Shown: one piece after another, positions 15,877-24,333 of the stretch
Layout: each line of letters begins with the position of its first letter
Numbering within the stretch: the first letter of the stretch is position 1
Notes under the pieces: generated by a model
Databases searched by the model: none
Seen by the model: only the letters and a program-made list of their open reading frames with translations
What the model was told of the DNA's origin: nothing
Translations under genes and position numbers: made by a program
Source: Patescibacteria group bacterium
Lineage (GTDB): Bacteria; Patescibacteriota; Patescibacteriia; 2-01-FULL-39-33
DNA: 32,000 nucleotides
Assembly (NCBI GenBank): GCA_041662745.1
Contig: JBAZRV010000001.1
Span: forward strand, 30,001-62,000
Direction of reading: 5' to 3'

Positions 15877-17583
15877 CTACATCCGCTCCAAAGTTTCTAT
15901 GCCCAGCAAATCAAGACCGTTAGTCAGCACTTGCCGGACGCCGGCGATTAGGGCCAACCGAGCCGACCGCAACTTATCTTCGGAATTAAGTATGGGGACT
16001 TCCTGATAGTAGGAAGAAAAAATCTTAGCCAGATCAAATAGGTATTTGCCAAGCGTGCTGGGTTCAAATTCCTGAGCCGCTTCATTTATCGCTTGAGGGA
16101 ATTCTGCCAATTTGATCAGTAATTCTTTTTCTGCCGGATCAGCCAAAAGCGCATAATCCACGGTTTGAGAAATACTCTTATTCTTCCTTAAAATGCTATT
16201 AATGCGAGTTACGGTGTATTGCAGATACGGACCGGAATAACCGTCAAAAGACAGGGCCTCCTGAGGATTAAAAACAATTACGCTGTTCTTCCCCACTTTA
16301 AGCATGCTGAATTTTATGGCGGCCAAAGCGATCTTCTCGGCCGTAGAGGCGATCTCCGCCTTGCCCCAGTCGCTATGGCGCTTGGCCGTTTCCGCTTGCG
16401 CCAAAGCGGCCATCTCGGCCAGAAGATCCTCAAACAAAACAACATTGCCTTGGCGTGAAGCCATGGCTCCTTCGGGCAGGGTCACAAACTCATAGGCGAT
16501 ATGCTTGGTTTTCTTATGGAAGCCCATTATCTCCAAGGTTTTAAAAAATTGCTGAAAATAAAAGCTCTGGCGGCTGTCTACCACCACGTAAGAAGCATCT
16601 ATCTTGTATTTATCAAATTTTAATTTAGCCAAAGCCAGCTCCTTGGTGGAATAAAGAGAGGTGCCGTCGGATTTAAGCAGTAAAAACTGCTTCAGACCGT
16701 ATTGTTCCAGATCAATAATTATCGCGCCTTCTGATTTTTCAGCGACGCCTTGGGCCAACAGCTCGGCAACGATTTTCTTGCCCGGTTTCTCCACTTCGCT
16801 CTCAAAGAAAAATTTATCAAATTTTATGCCCAAAATTTTATAAATGCCGTCAAACTCCTGAAGCGACCAAGCGCGGGTTTTTTTCCATAAGGCCGTCCAG
16901 TACTTATCACCGGCCTCTAATTTTTTCTGCACTACTTGGGCTTCTTGCCGGTATTTTTCGCTGGCCTCGGTTTTTTGCACCGCTTCGCTGTAAATCCTGC
17001 CCAGATATTGCCCCTTGTGTTCTGCCGGCTCCGGATCTTTTTTGTGGAATTTATCCAAAGCCCAAAGGCACTTGGCCACATGGGAACCGATATCGCCGAT
17101 ATAATTAACGGCAATGACTTTTTGGCCGACAAACCGATACAGATTAACCAAAGCCGAACCTAAGACAGCATTGCGCAAATGGCCGACATGGAATTCCTTA
17201 TGGGTATTCGGTTGGGAATATTCAATCATCACTTTCTCTTTCTTCCAAGGCAAACGTCCGTATTTATCCTCTTTTTTCTTAACCTCGGAAATCACCGCCT
17301 TGGCCAGATGTTTCTCGTTCAGAAAAAAATTAAGATACGGCCCGAAATTGCTGACTGACTTCACTCCGGTCGGCAATTTTATTTTCTGTTTTATTTCCAA
17401 TGCCACCTGATTGGGCGAGATGCGCAAAAGTTTGGTCAAATAAAAACAGGGTACGGCCAAATCGCCCATGGCCGCTTCCGGCGGACGGGTAATTTCCAAT
17501 TGGCTGATATCAAGTTCCTGACCGACGGCTTTTTCCACGGCGGACAAAATTTCCTTTTGCAGCTTGTTTATGAAATATGGCAT
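15877..17583 (-). CDS. argS: arginyl-tRNA synthetase
   Basis: EYSQPNTHKEFHVGHLRNAVLGSAL (HxGH), YVVVDSRQSFYFQQFFKTLEIMGF, MASRQGNVV, C-terminal DALRM-type anticodon-binding region. Confidence 0.95.
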   Translation of the reverse strand: MPYFINKLQKEILSAVEKAVGQELDISQLEITRPPEAAMGDLAVPCFYLTKLLRISPNQVALEIKQKIKLPTGVKSVSNFGPYLNFFLNEKHLAKAVISEVKKKEDKYGRLPWKKEKVMIEYSQPNTHKEFHVGHLRNAVLGSALVNLYRFVGQKVIAVNYIGDIGSHVAKCLWALDKFHKKDPEPAEHKGQYLGRIYSEAVQKTEASEKYRQEAQVVQKKLEAGDKYWTALWKKTRAWSLQEFDGIYKILGIKFDKFFFESEVEKPGKKIVAELLAQGVAEKSEGAIIIDLEQYGLKQFLLLKSDGTSLYSTKELALAKLKFDKYKIDASYVVVDSRQSFYFQQFFKTLEIMGFHKKTKHIAYEFVTLPEGAMASRQGNVVLFEDLLAEMAALAQAETAKRHSDWGKAEIASTAEKIALAAIKFSMLKVGKNSVIVFNPQEALSFDGYSGPYLQYTVTRINSILRKNKSISQTVDYALLADPAEKELLIKLAEFPQAINEAAQEFEPSTLGKYLFDLAKIFSSYYQEVPILNSEDKLRSARLALIAGVRQVLTNGLDLLGIETLERM

Positions 17584-17621
17584 ATTTGCTTGCTTTACGA
17601 TAACATAAAACCATTAAAATG

Positions 17622-17651
17622 ACAATAAAAAAAGCGCCGACCGCTGGGGAT
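17622..17651 (-). terminator. intrinsic terminator of the 17686-18501 gene
   Basis: Minus strand AGCGCCAATCCCCAGCGGTCGGCGCTTTTTTTATT. Confidence 0.7.
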
Positions 17652-17685
17652 TGGCGCTGTTTAATTAAAGTGCTTATATTACTCT

Positions 17686-18501
17686 TTACGGCTCCGGCGA
17701 CGGCTCTTGAGGCGTAGGGCCATCTTCTTTGTTTTCCGATTCAACCGGCTCCAATTCATCCAGAATCTCTAAAATCCTCAAGCTTAACTGTTCACTCTCG
17801 CATTTGCCCAGCCATTGCCTGATTTCGGACGCGCCCACTAATATTTCAACCTCTTTCCCTACACCCGGCTGGCGCCACCCCAGTAACGCCTCCAATCCCA
17901 ACGCCGAATGGGCCGACGAATTGAATAGGTGGCGAGGCGAGGGCAAAGGAACATTACCCGCAAACCTTCTTTCCGCTTCCGGCGGATTCAGGCAGATATA
18001 ACCGTCCAGAGGCAAAAACCATCGTTCCCCCTCCATCAACAAACCGCCCGGCTTCAAATTTCCCAAAATCAAATCATAGCGAGTGCTGGTAAAAGTCGGT
18101 TCGGGAACACACCAATCCGCCGATAAAGAAGTCAAAAAATGTTTAACGCCCAGGGTTATTTCTTCCACCGTTTCCACAACTAACATTACCGTTTGACCGG
18201 CATTCTCACTGATGACTCTATCCAACTCGCGCAGATTATATTCCAATCGCCCGCCATCAGTCAGCCAGGTGACGATCAAATCTTCTTGCCGCACCATAAA
18301 ATCAAGAATCCTGTCACTCAAACTTTCGCCCGCCTTAACCCGCCTGATTAATTGTTCGGCCAATAACCTCTGATCGTTCTGCACCGCATTAACACGGGCT
18401 TGAAGATTTCTGGCCCAAACGGCGTGTTGCTTGATAAGCGCCATCAAATTATCGGCTGTTTGCGGTTCGGGTTGAGGGTTGATATTGTCTGCCTTGCTCA
18501 T
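17686..18501 (-). CDS. hypothetical protein
   Basis: Internal ATG (MSKADNINPQPEPQTADNLMALIKQHAVWARNLQARVNAV...) preceded by a strong SD AAGGAGG; the 18666 start has no such support. Confidence 0.75.
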   Translation of the reverse strand: MSKADNINPQPEPQTADNLMALIKQHAVWARNLQARVNAVQNDQRLLAEQLIRRVKAGESLSDRILDFMVRQEDLIVTWLTDGGRLEYNLRELDRVISENAGQTVMLVVETVEEITLGVKHFLTSLSADWCVPEPTFTSTRYDLILGNLKPGGLLMEGERWFLPLDGYICLNPPEAERRFAGNVPLPSPRHLFNSSAHSALGLEALLGWRQPGVGKEVEILVGASEIRQWLGKCESEQLSLRILEILDELEPVESENKEDGPTPQEPSPEP

Positions 18502-18688
18502 AGTGCCTCCTTGGCGGCTTGCTCCGCCCGGTTTGAAACAAAGACCACTGATATTTTCCGCTATGTTTTCAAATTCTTTGCGTTCTTGTTGGTTATATTG
18601 CCGTTTATCAAAAAATTTTAAATGTTCAACTGCGAATATAATATAACTAATAACCGAATTTGTCAAGAACTTGCCAATATTAATAAAA

Positions 18689-18717
18689 TTGACAAATCAG
18701 CCGAAAAAAACTAAACT
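18689..18717 (+). promoter_or_regulatory. sigma70-type promoter for thrS
   Basis: TTGACA - 17 nt - TAAACT. Confidence 0.7.
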
Positions 18718-18723
18718 AAAATC

Positions 18724-18950
18724 AGTGATTGAAGCGGCCACCAACCGCTTACCCCCCAAGAGTCCGGCCAGCCGGCTAAACAGTAAAATCAAAGCGTCCG
18801 CTCGCCAGCCGCCAATCGACTGAAGCAAAGCGGAAACCCGGGTGGAACCGCGGGAACATCCCAGTTGAATGACACGACTTCAACAGGATAAACTCTCGTC
18901 CCGAAAATATGTCTTTAATTCAAGATGTGTTTTCAGGATGGGAGTTTTTT
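18724..18950 (+). promoter_or_regulatory. T-box leader of thrS
   Basis: CGGGTGGAACCGCGGG ... CTCTCGTCCCG T-box core (UGGA complements a UCCA tRNA end); base stem CAGTGATTG/CAATCGACTG; candidate Thr specifier ACC at 18740-18742. Confidence 0.85.
18893..18950 (+). terminator. T-box-associated terminator upstream of thrS
   Basis: CTCTCGTCC-C-GAAAATATGTCTT-TAATTC-AAGATGTGTTTTC-A-GGATGGGAG followed by TTTTTT; both helix segments pair when G-U pairs are allowed. Confidence 0.8.
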
Positions 18951-18983
18951 AAAATAAAAAATCAACTAAAAATTTAAAATCAT

Positions 18984-20738
18984 ATGGCTACTCAAAACGA
19001 CCAGTTAGACAAAATCCGCCATTCCACTTCCCATATCATGGCTTATGCCGTGCGGGAAATTTTCGGGGATAAAGTTAAATTTGCCATCGGCCCAACGATT
19101 GACGACGGCTTTTATTACGACTTTGACCTGGGGGACAAGACTTTTTCCGCCGAAGAACTCAAAGCGATTGAAAAAAAAATGACGGAACTGATCAAGAAAA
19201 AATTACCTTTTGAAAAGATTGATTTGCCGATCAAGGAGGCGCTGGAAAAAATGTCCGATCAGCCCTATAAACGGGAATTGATCAATGATTTGGAAAAGGC
19301 GGGAGAAAAAACAGTCAGTTTTTACACTGTCGGCGATTTTACCGATTTGTGTCGCGGTCCGCACGTGGAAAATACCAAGGAGCTGGGCATTTTTAAACTA
19401 ATGAAAACCGCCGGCGCCTATTGGCGGGGCGACGAGAAGAACAAAATGCTGCAAAGAATCTACGGCACAGCGTTTGAAACCAAAGAACAGTTGGCTGAAT
19501 ATTTAAAAATGTTGGAAGAAGCGGAAAAACGCGACCATCGCAAACTCGGTTCGGAGCTGAGTATTTTCATGTTTGATGACGACGTGGGACCGGGACTGCC
19601 TTTATGGCTGCCTAACGGCGCCGTAATCATTGAGGAATTGGAGAAGTTGGCCAAAGACAGCGAATATGAAGCCGGTTATGTGCGCGTCAAAACGCCACAC
19701 CTCTGCAAAGAATCCATGTACAAAACCAGCGGGCATTTGCCTTACTACACTGACAGCATGTTTCCGCCCATGGATGTAGACGGCGTGAAATACTACTTAA
19801 AGCCCATGAATTGCCCGCACCACCACAAGATTTTCGGCTCGTCCTTGCGCAGCTACCGCGATATGCCTATTCGCATCGCCGAATATGGCACTTGCTACCG
19901 CTACGAGCAGAGCGGCGAGCTCTTCGGCCTGATGCGCGTCCGCTCCATGCAGATGAATGACGCTCATATCTACTGCTCGGTCGATCAATTTGAGGAAGAA
20001 TTCATTGCCGTCTGCAAAATGTATCTCAAATATTTTGAAATTTTCGGCATAGAAAAATACGTTATGCGTTTTTCCACTCATTCGGCCGAGGGTCTGGGCA
20101 AAAAATACGTTGATAATGCCAAGCTATGGCAAAAAACGGAAAAAATGGTGGAGACAGCCATGAAGAATAATGGCATCCCTTACATTAAAGTGGAAAACGA
20201 AGCGGCCTTCTACGGTCCCAAAATTGATGTGCAAGTCTGGAGCGCTATTGGCAAAGAATTTACTCTAGCCACCAATCAGGTGGATTTTGCCGTACCGGAA
20301 AGGTTTGGCCTGACCTATATCAATGCCAAAGGCGAGCAAGAGACGCCTCTTTGCATCCACCGGGCGCCACTGGGCACGCATGAAAGATTTATCGGTTTCT
20401 TAATTGAGCATTATGCCGGCGCTTTCCCCACCTGGCTGTCGCCAGTGCAAGCTATAATCATCCCGGTTTCGGAAAAATTCACTGCTTACGGCAAAAAGGT
20501 TTATGACGAATTGTTTGCCGCCGGCGTACGCGTCAAGTTGGATGATGCCGACGAATCACTGGGCAAGAGAATCAGGAACGCCGAAAAACAAAAAACCCCC
20601 TACATCTTAGTGGTGGGAGAAAAAGAAGCCGCCGCTAAAACCGTGGCTGTGCGCAAACGCGGCGCCGGCGACCTGGGCGGCCAAAAGCTGACTGAATTCA
20701 TTAAGCAAGTAAAAAAAGAAATAGCGGAGAAAAAATAA
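18984..20738 (+). CDS. thrS: threonyl-tRNA synthetase lacking the N-terminal TGS domain
   Basis: IRHSTSHIMAYAVREIFGDKVKFAIGPTIDDGFYYDFD, MKPMNCPHHHKIF, RIAEYGTCYRYEQSGELFGLMRVRSMQMNDAHIY, LCIHRAPLGTHERFIGFLIEHYAGAFPTWLSP. Confidence 0.96.
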   Translation: MATQNDQLDKIRHSTSHIMAYAVREIFGDKVKFAIGPTIDDGFYYDFDLGDKTFSAEELKAIEKKMTELIKKKLPFEKIDLPIKEALEKMSDQPYKRELINDLEKAGEKTVSFYTVGDFTDLCRGPHVENTKELGIFKLMKTAGAYWRGDEKNKMLQRIYGTAFETKEQLAEYLKMLEEAEKRDHRKLGSELSIFMFDDDVGPGLPLWLPNGAVIIEELEKLAKDSEYEAGYVRVKTPHLCKESMYKTSGHLPYYTDSMFPPMDVDGVKYYLKPMNCPHHHKIFGSSLRSYRDMPIRIAEYGTCYRYEQSGELFGLMRVRSMQMNDAHIYCSVDQFEEEFIAVCKMYLKYFEIFGIEKYVMRFSTHSAEGLGKKYVDNAKLWQKTEKMVETAMKNNGIPYIKVENEAAFYGPKIDVQVWSAIGKEFTLATNQVDFAVPERFGLTYINAKGEQETPLCIHRAPLGTHERFIGFLIEHYAGAFPTWLSPVQAIIIPVSEKFTAYGKKVYDELFAAGVRVKLDDADESLGKRIRNAEKQKTPYILVVGEKEAAAKTVAVRKRGAGDLGGQKLTEFIKQVKKEIAEKK

Positions 20739-20766
20739 TCTGCGCTCAATAATCCGGCTAAAATTA

Positions 20767-20797
20767 AAAAATTCCGACTGCTCAGTCGGAATTTTTT
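20767..20797. terminator. bidirectional intrinsic terminator between thrS and the histidine kinase gene
   Basis: AAAAATTCCGACT-GCTC-AGTCGGAATTTTTT, 13-bp perfect stem. Confidence 0.85.
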
Positions 20798-20804
20798 ATC
20801 TCAG

Positions 20805-21689
20805 TTATTTTTTAACTTTTTCCGCCTTGCTCTTATCCGCTAACGGCAAAGAAAAGCTGAATTTGCTGCCTCGGCCCTTGCCCGGCGACTCGGCCCAAAT
20901 GCGGCCGCCCAGGTTCTCAATCACCACTCGGGCAAAATACAAACCCAAACCCGTGCCCTCAGGATGAACGATGGTCATATTCTTGCCGCGCACGAATTTA
21001 TTGAACAGGCGATTCAGATCTTCGGCCGAAATGCCCAAGCCCGTGTCACTGACAGAAAAAACCACTGACTGGCCTTCTTGATGCAAATCAATATTCACTT
21101 CGCCCTTCTTAGTGTATTTAACGGCATTGTCCACCAAATTAGAAGCAACCTCCTTGATTTTGGCAATGTCAGTTTTGACAGAAAGAAAATTTTTGGGATA
21201 ATAGACTCCTAATTTTATCTTTTTGGCGTCGGCCTTGCTTTGGAACTCCTCCTTTAATTCCTCGGCGACTTTGGTTAAATCCGCCGGTTTGATATCAAAT
21301 TCCAAACGGCCGGCCTCAATGCGGGAGATGTCCAACAAATTTTCAATCAAATTGAGCAGGCGTTCAGTGGCCATATGGACCTTCTCCAAATTCTCCTTGA
21401 CCACCTTCGGGACCTTGCCGAAACTCCCCTCTTCCATCATGGAAATATAACCCTTGATAATGGTGGTGGGGGTGCGCAACTGATGGGAAGCGATAGACAA
21501 AAATTCCGACTTAGCGTCATCGAGGCGCTGCAACTCGCTGTTGGCCTGTTGCAACTTGGCCAGCAATTCACGATTCTTCTTTAGCATTAAACGTTCGCGC
21601 CTGATGATGGAGACAAAAAAACAAACGATAACGGCGACCATCAAGGCCGCTAAGACACTGGTGCTTAAGATGATATAAAAATCATGCAT
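20805..21689 (-). CDS. membrane sensor histidine kinase
   Basis: One TM helix, DAKSEFLSIASHQLRTPTTIIKGYI (H box), NLVDNAVKYTKKG (N box), VSDTGLGIS and GTGLGLYFARVVIENLGGRIWAES (G boxes). Confidence 0.93.
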   Translation of the reverse strand: MHDFYIILSTSVLAALMVAVIVCFFVSIIRRERLMLKKNRELLAKLQQANSELQRLDDAKSEFLSIASHQLRTPTTIIKGYISMMEEGSFGKVPKVVKENLEKVHMATERLLNLIENLLDISRIEAGRLEFDIKPADLTKVAEELKEEFQSKADAKKIKLGVYYPKNFLSVKTDIAKIKEVASNLVDNAVKYTKKGEVNIDLHQEGQSVVFSVSDTGLGISAEDLNRLFNKFVRGKNMTIVHPEGTGLGLYFARVVIENLGGRIWAESPGKGRGSKFSFSLPLADKSKAEKVKK

Positions 21690-21758
21690 GGCATTATTTC
21701 ATTACTACAGTATACCATAATTATAACACCAAAAACAGCGATCGCCCAGATCGCTTTG

Positions 21759-22247
21759 TTAATCAATCGCCTTAATCCGATATTTTTTAACAGCGCCGGC
21801 CAAAAATAATTGCAACTCTTCGCCAAGTCGGCGCCGCAAAAGTTTCTGGCCCAACGGGCTGTTATAAGCGACGATAACGATTCCATCTTTTTCGTGTTCC
21901 GCGTGTTCCGGTCGGCCGCCGGAATTATAACTGCCGATTTTAAAAACCGTCTTGGTTTCTTGTTCATCAATCAATTCCACTCTGCTGCCGATGGCGACCG
22001 AAGCGCTGTTGTCGGCCGGATAAATGATTTCCGCTTGCCCGATTAATTCATCCAGTTCCGACAGGCGTTTGCCATACAAATCCAAATCGCGCATGGCTTG
22101 TTCAAAAATATAATTATCATGCCAAGTCTCGGAGCTCTGGCTGGCGTCTTCGGCCAACCCGCTTTTTATCTGCTGGTAATAACGCGCTAACTCTTGCCGT
22201 CTGATCAGTAATCGGTCGTAATCTTGGGGAAGAAAAAAATAACTCAT
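21759..22247 (-). CDS. GreA/GreB-family transcription elongation factor-like protein
   Basis: N-terminal helical hairpin; C-terminal VAIGSRVELIDEQE...YNSPLGQKLLRRRLGEEL resembling the GreA C-terminal domain. Confidence 0.75.
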   Translation of the reverse strand: MSYFFLPQDYDRLLIRRQELARYYQQIKSGLAEDASQSSETWHDNYIFEQAMRDLDLYGKRLSELDELIGQAEIIYPADNSASVAIGSRVELIDEQETKTVFKIGSYNSGGRPEHAEHEKDGIVIVAYNSPLGQKLLRRRLGEELQLFLAGAVKKYRIKAID

Positions 22248-22270
22248 AATATGATTAAGTAAAAATAAAA

Positions 22271-22302
22271 CCGCCCGGGGCTTGCTTGGGCCTAACGGGC
22301 GG
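22271..22302 (-). terminator. intrinsic terminator-like hairpin
   Basis: Minus strand CCGCCCG-TTAGGCCCAAGCAAGCCC-CGGGCGG-TTTTATTTTT. Confidence 0.65.
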
Positions 22303-22436
22303 TAATGTTAATCGGGTTGTTTTGGCTGAGGTTTAAATGGTTCTGCAAACAGCCGTTTAATTTGGTTTTTCTAACTCGGTGGGGCATAATAGATTCATTC
22401 TGCTCCTAAACGGTAAAATTGTCAAGTCCGATTAAT

Positions 22437-22757
22437 TCACCTGACTTGACGCAGTTTTTTCTCGGCTAATTCCTTCTCTAATCTTATGACCTCTTCCGTG
22501 TCGTCTTCCTCCCTGATTTTGTCATTGCGCGTAAAACCGCACGACTCGCAACGCTGGGAAACAATCCATTTGCCGCCGCGGTAATATAAATCAATCGGCC
22601 GCATCAAACCGCCGCATTCCGCTCGCCTGTCGCCCGGCTCAATATCCACATGCTTGGACCATAAGCATTTGGGGCAATGGTTGGTATAGCCGGATCCCTT
22701 AACCTCGGCCCCGCAGTGTTCGCACTTAAAATTCTCTACTTTCTTAATAAATGCCAT
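22437..22757 (-). CDS. RNHCP domain-containing protein
   Basis: NFKCEHCGAEVKGSGYTNHCPKCLWSKHVDIEPGDRRAECGGLMRPI ... VSQRCESCGFTRNDKI. Confidence 0.88.
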   Translation of the reverse strand: MAFIKKVENFKCEHCGAEVKGSGYTNHCPKCLWSKHVDIEPGDRRAECGGLMRPIDLYYRGGKWIVSQRCESCGFTRNDKIREEDDTEEVIRLEKELAEKKLRQVR

Positions 22758-22951
22758 ATGCTTGACATATTACCATGCTTTTGCTATAATTTCAATACCT
22801 TAATTAATTCACCCGTAACCCTATAAAAAACGGGGCTTGAGGACGACACCGGCCAGGCGGCCGATTAAGCCAGTTAGACCGCCCACCCGTCCCAAGTTAA
22901 TGCATGGCTTCTACCTATATGAGCATGATCCAACCTAAAAAGGATTCTGTA

Positions 22952-24196
22952 ATGAACGAACTGCTTGAAAGCAAGCAGTATTTTAATTTGCCTAAAACGG
23001 GCGAATTGGTTACCGGCAAGATTATTGCCATTGACAACAACGCTATTCATGTTGATTTGGGCGGCGTAGCCACCGGCGTAGTTCGCGGTCGCGAACGTTA
23101 TGCCGATGCTGAACAATACAAAAACTTGGCGATCGGCGATACCGTTGAAGCGACGGTTTTGGAATTAGAAAACGAAAACGGCGAAGTGGAATTATCCTTC
23201 CAGTATGCCGGTCGGCAAAAGGCCTGGCAGACTCTCAGGGATTACGTTAAATCCGGAGAAATAATTTCTGCCACTATCACCGAAGCTAACAAAGGCGGCT
23301 TATTGGCCAAAGTTGATACTGTTGCCGGCTTCCTGCCCGTTTCCCAATTGGCGCCCGAACACTACCCGCGCATTCCCGGCGGAGACAAAAATCGCATTTA
23401 TGAAATTCTTAAAAGCTATGTTGGCAAAAAATTCGACATCAAAGTCATTGATGCCAATGAAGATGAGGATAAACTGATCATCTCGGAAAAAGCCGCTTGG
23501 GAAGAAACCCAGCGCGACGTCATAAATAAATACAAAGTCGGCATGATCGTTGAGGGCGTGGTTACGGCCGTAACTGATTTCGGCGTCTTTGTGGAGTTTG
23601 ACGATAAGCTGGAAGGCTTAATCCATATTTCGGAGATCGCTTGGCAAAGAATAGACAACCCGCATAATTTCGTTAAGGTCGGACAAAAGGTCCAGGCGGA
23701 AATCATCTCCATTGAAAATTCCAAAATATTCTTATCCATGAAAAAACTGGAGAACGATCCTTGGGTCGGCATTGAGAAAAAATTTGAGATCGGCCAAAAA
23801 GTTTCCGGCACCATCATCAAAGTCAACCCGTTCGGCTTATTCGTGGAATTAGGGGAGAATATCCAGGGCTTGGCCCATGTGTCCCAATTGTCTGACAAGC
23901 CGGTCAAAGATCCTTCAGAGATTGCCAAAGAAGGCGAGAAAAAGGATTTCTATGTGGTTTCACTGGACTCCAAAAATCATCGCTTAGGCCTATCTTTAGT
24001 CAAACCGGATAAGGCGGAAAAAATCGAGAAGACCGCAACAGAGGAAGCACCGAAAGAAGCAACCGAAACTGAGGCCAAAGAGGCAGTTGAGGGTGAGGAA
24101 CAGCAAGAGAAAAAAGAGACTAAGAAACGCGGTCGCAAACCCAAAAGCGAAAAAGTTAAAGCAGAAGAGAAAGAAGAGACGGTTGAAAAAGAATAA
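22952..24196 (+). CDS. rpsA: 30S ribosomal protein S1 (four S1 repeats)
   Basis: Repeated S1 domains (GELVTGKIIAIDNNAIHVDLGG..., VGMIVEGVVTAVTDFGVFVEFDDKLEGLIHISEIAW, IGQKVSGTIIKVNPFGLFVELGENIQGLAHVSQLS). SD AAAAAGGA lies upstream of the ATG at 22952; the 22904 start has none. Confidence 0.93.
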   Translation: MNELLESKQYFNLPKTGELVTGKIIAIDNNAIHVDLGGVATGVVRGRERYADAEQYKNLAIGDTVEATVLELENENGEVELSFQYAGRQKAWQTLRDYVKSGEIISATITEANKGGLLAKVDTVAGFLPVSQLAPEHYPRIPGGDKNRIYEILKSYVGKKFDIKVIDANEDEDKLIISEKAAWEETQRDVINKYKVGMIVEGVVTAVTDFGVFVEFDDKLEGLIHISEIAWQRIDNPHNFVKVGQKVQAEIISIENSKIFLSMKKLENDPWVGIEKKFEIGQKVSGTIIKVNPFGLFVELGENIQGLAHVSQLSDKPVKDPSEIAKEGEKKDFYVVSLDSKNHRLGLSLVKPDKAEKIEKTATEEAPKEATETEAKEAVEGEEQQEKKETKKRGRKPKSEKVKAEEKEETVEKE

Positions 24197-24223
24197 AAAT
24201 CATAAGAGTGCGACAAAACCCCG

Positions 24224-24250
24224 TTTATAACGGGGTTTTGTTATATTTAA
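24224..24250. terminator. intrinsic terminator after rpsA
   Basis: CAAAACCCCGTT-TAT-AACGGGGTTTTG. Confidence 0.85.
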
Positions 24251-24333
24251 AATCTCATTGGCCAAAACATGATATTATGATAAACTGCTTTTGTGATTGA
24301 TAATCCGCACCTTAAAAAACAAAGGAGGTAGCT

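Noticed and set aside
21665-21970. 101-aa minus ORF rich in Arg/Ala
   Set aside because: Lies in an alternative frame of the GreA-like gene (21759-22247) and overlaps the start of the histidine kinase gene.
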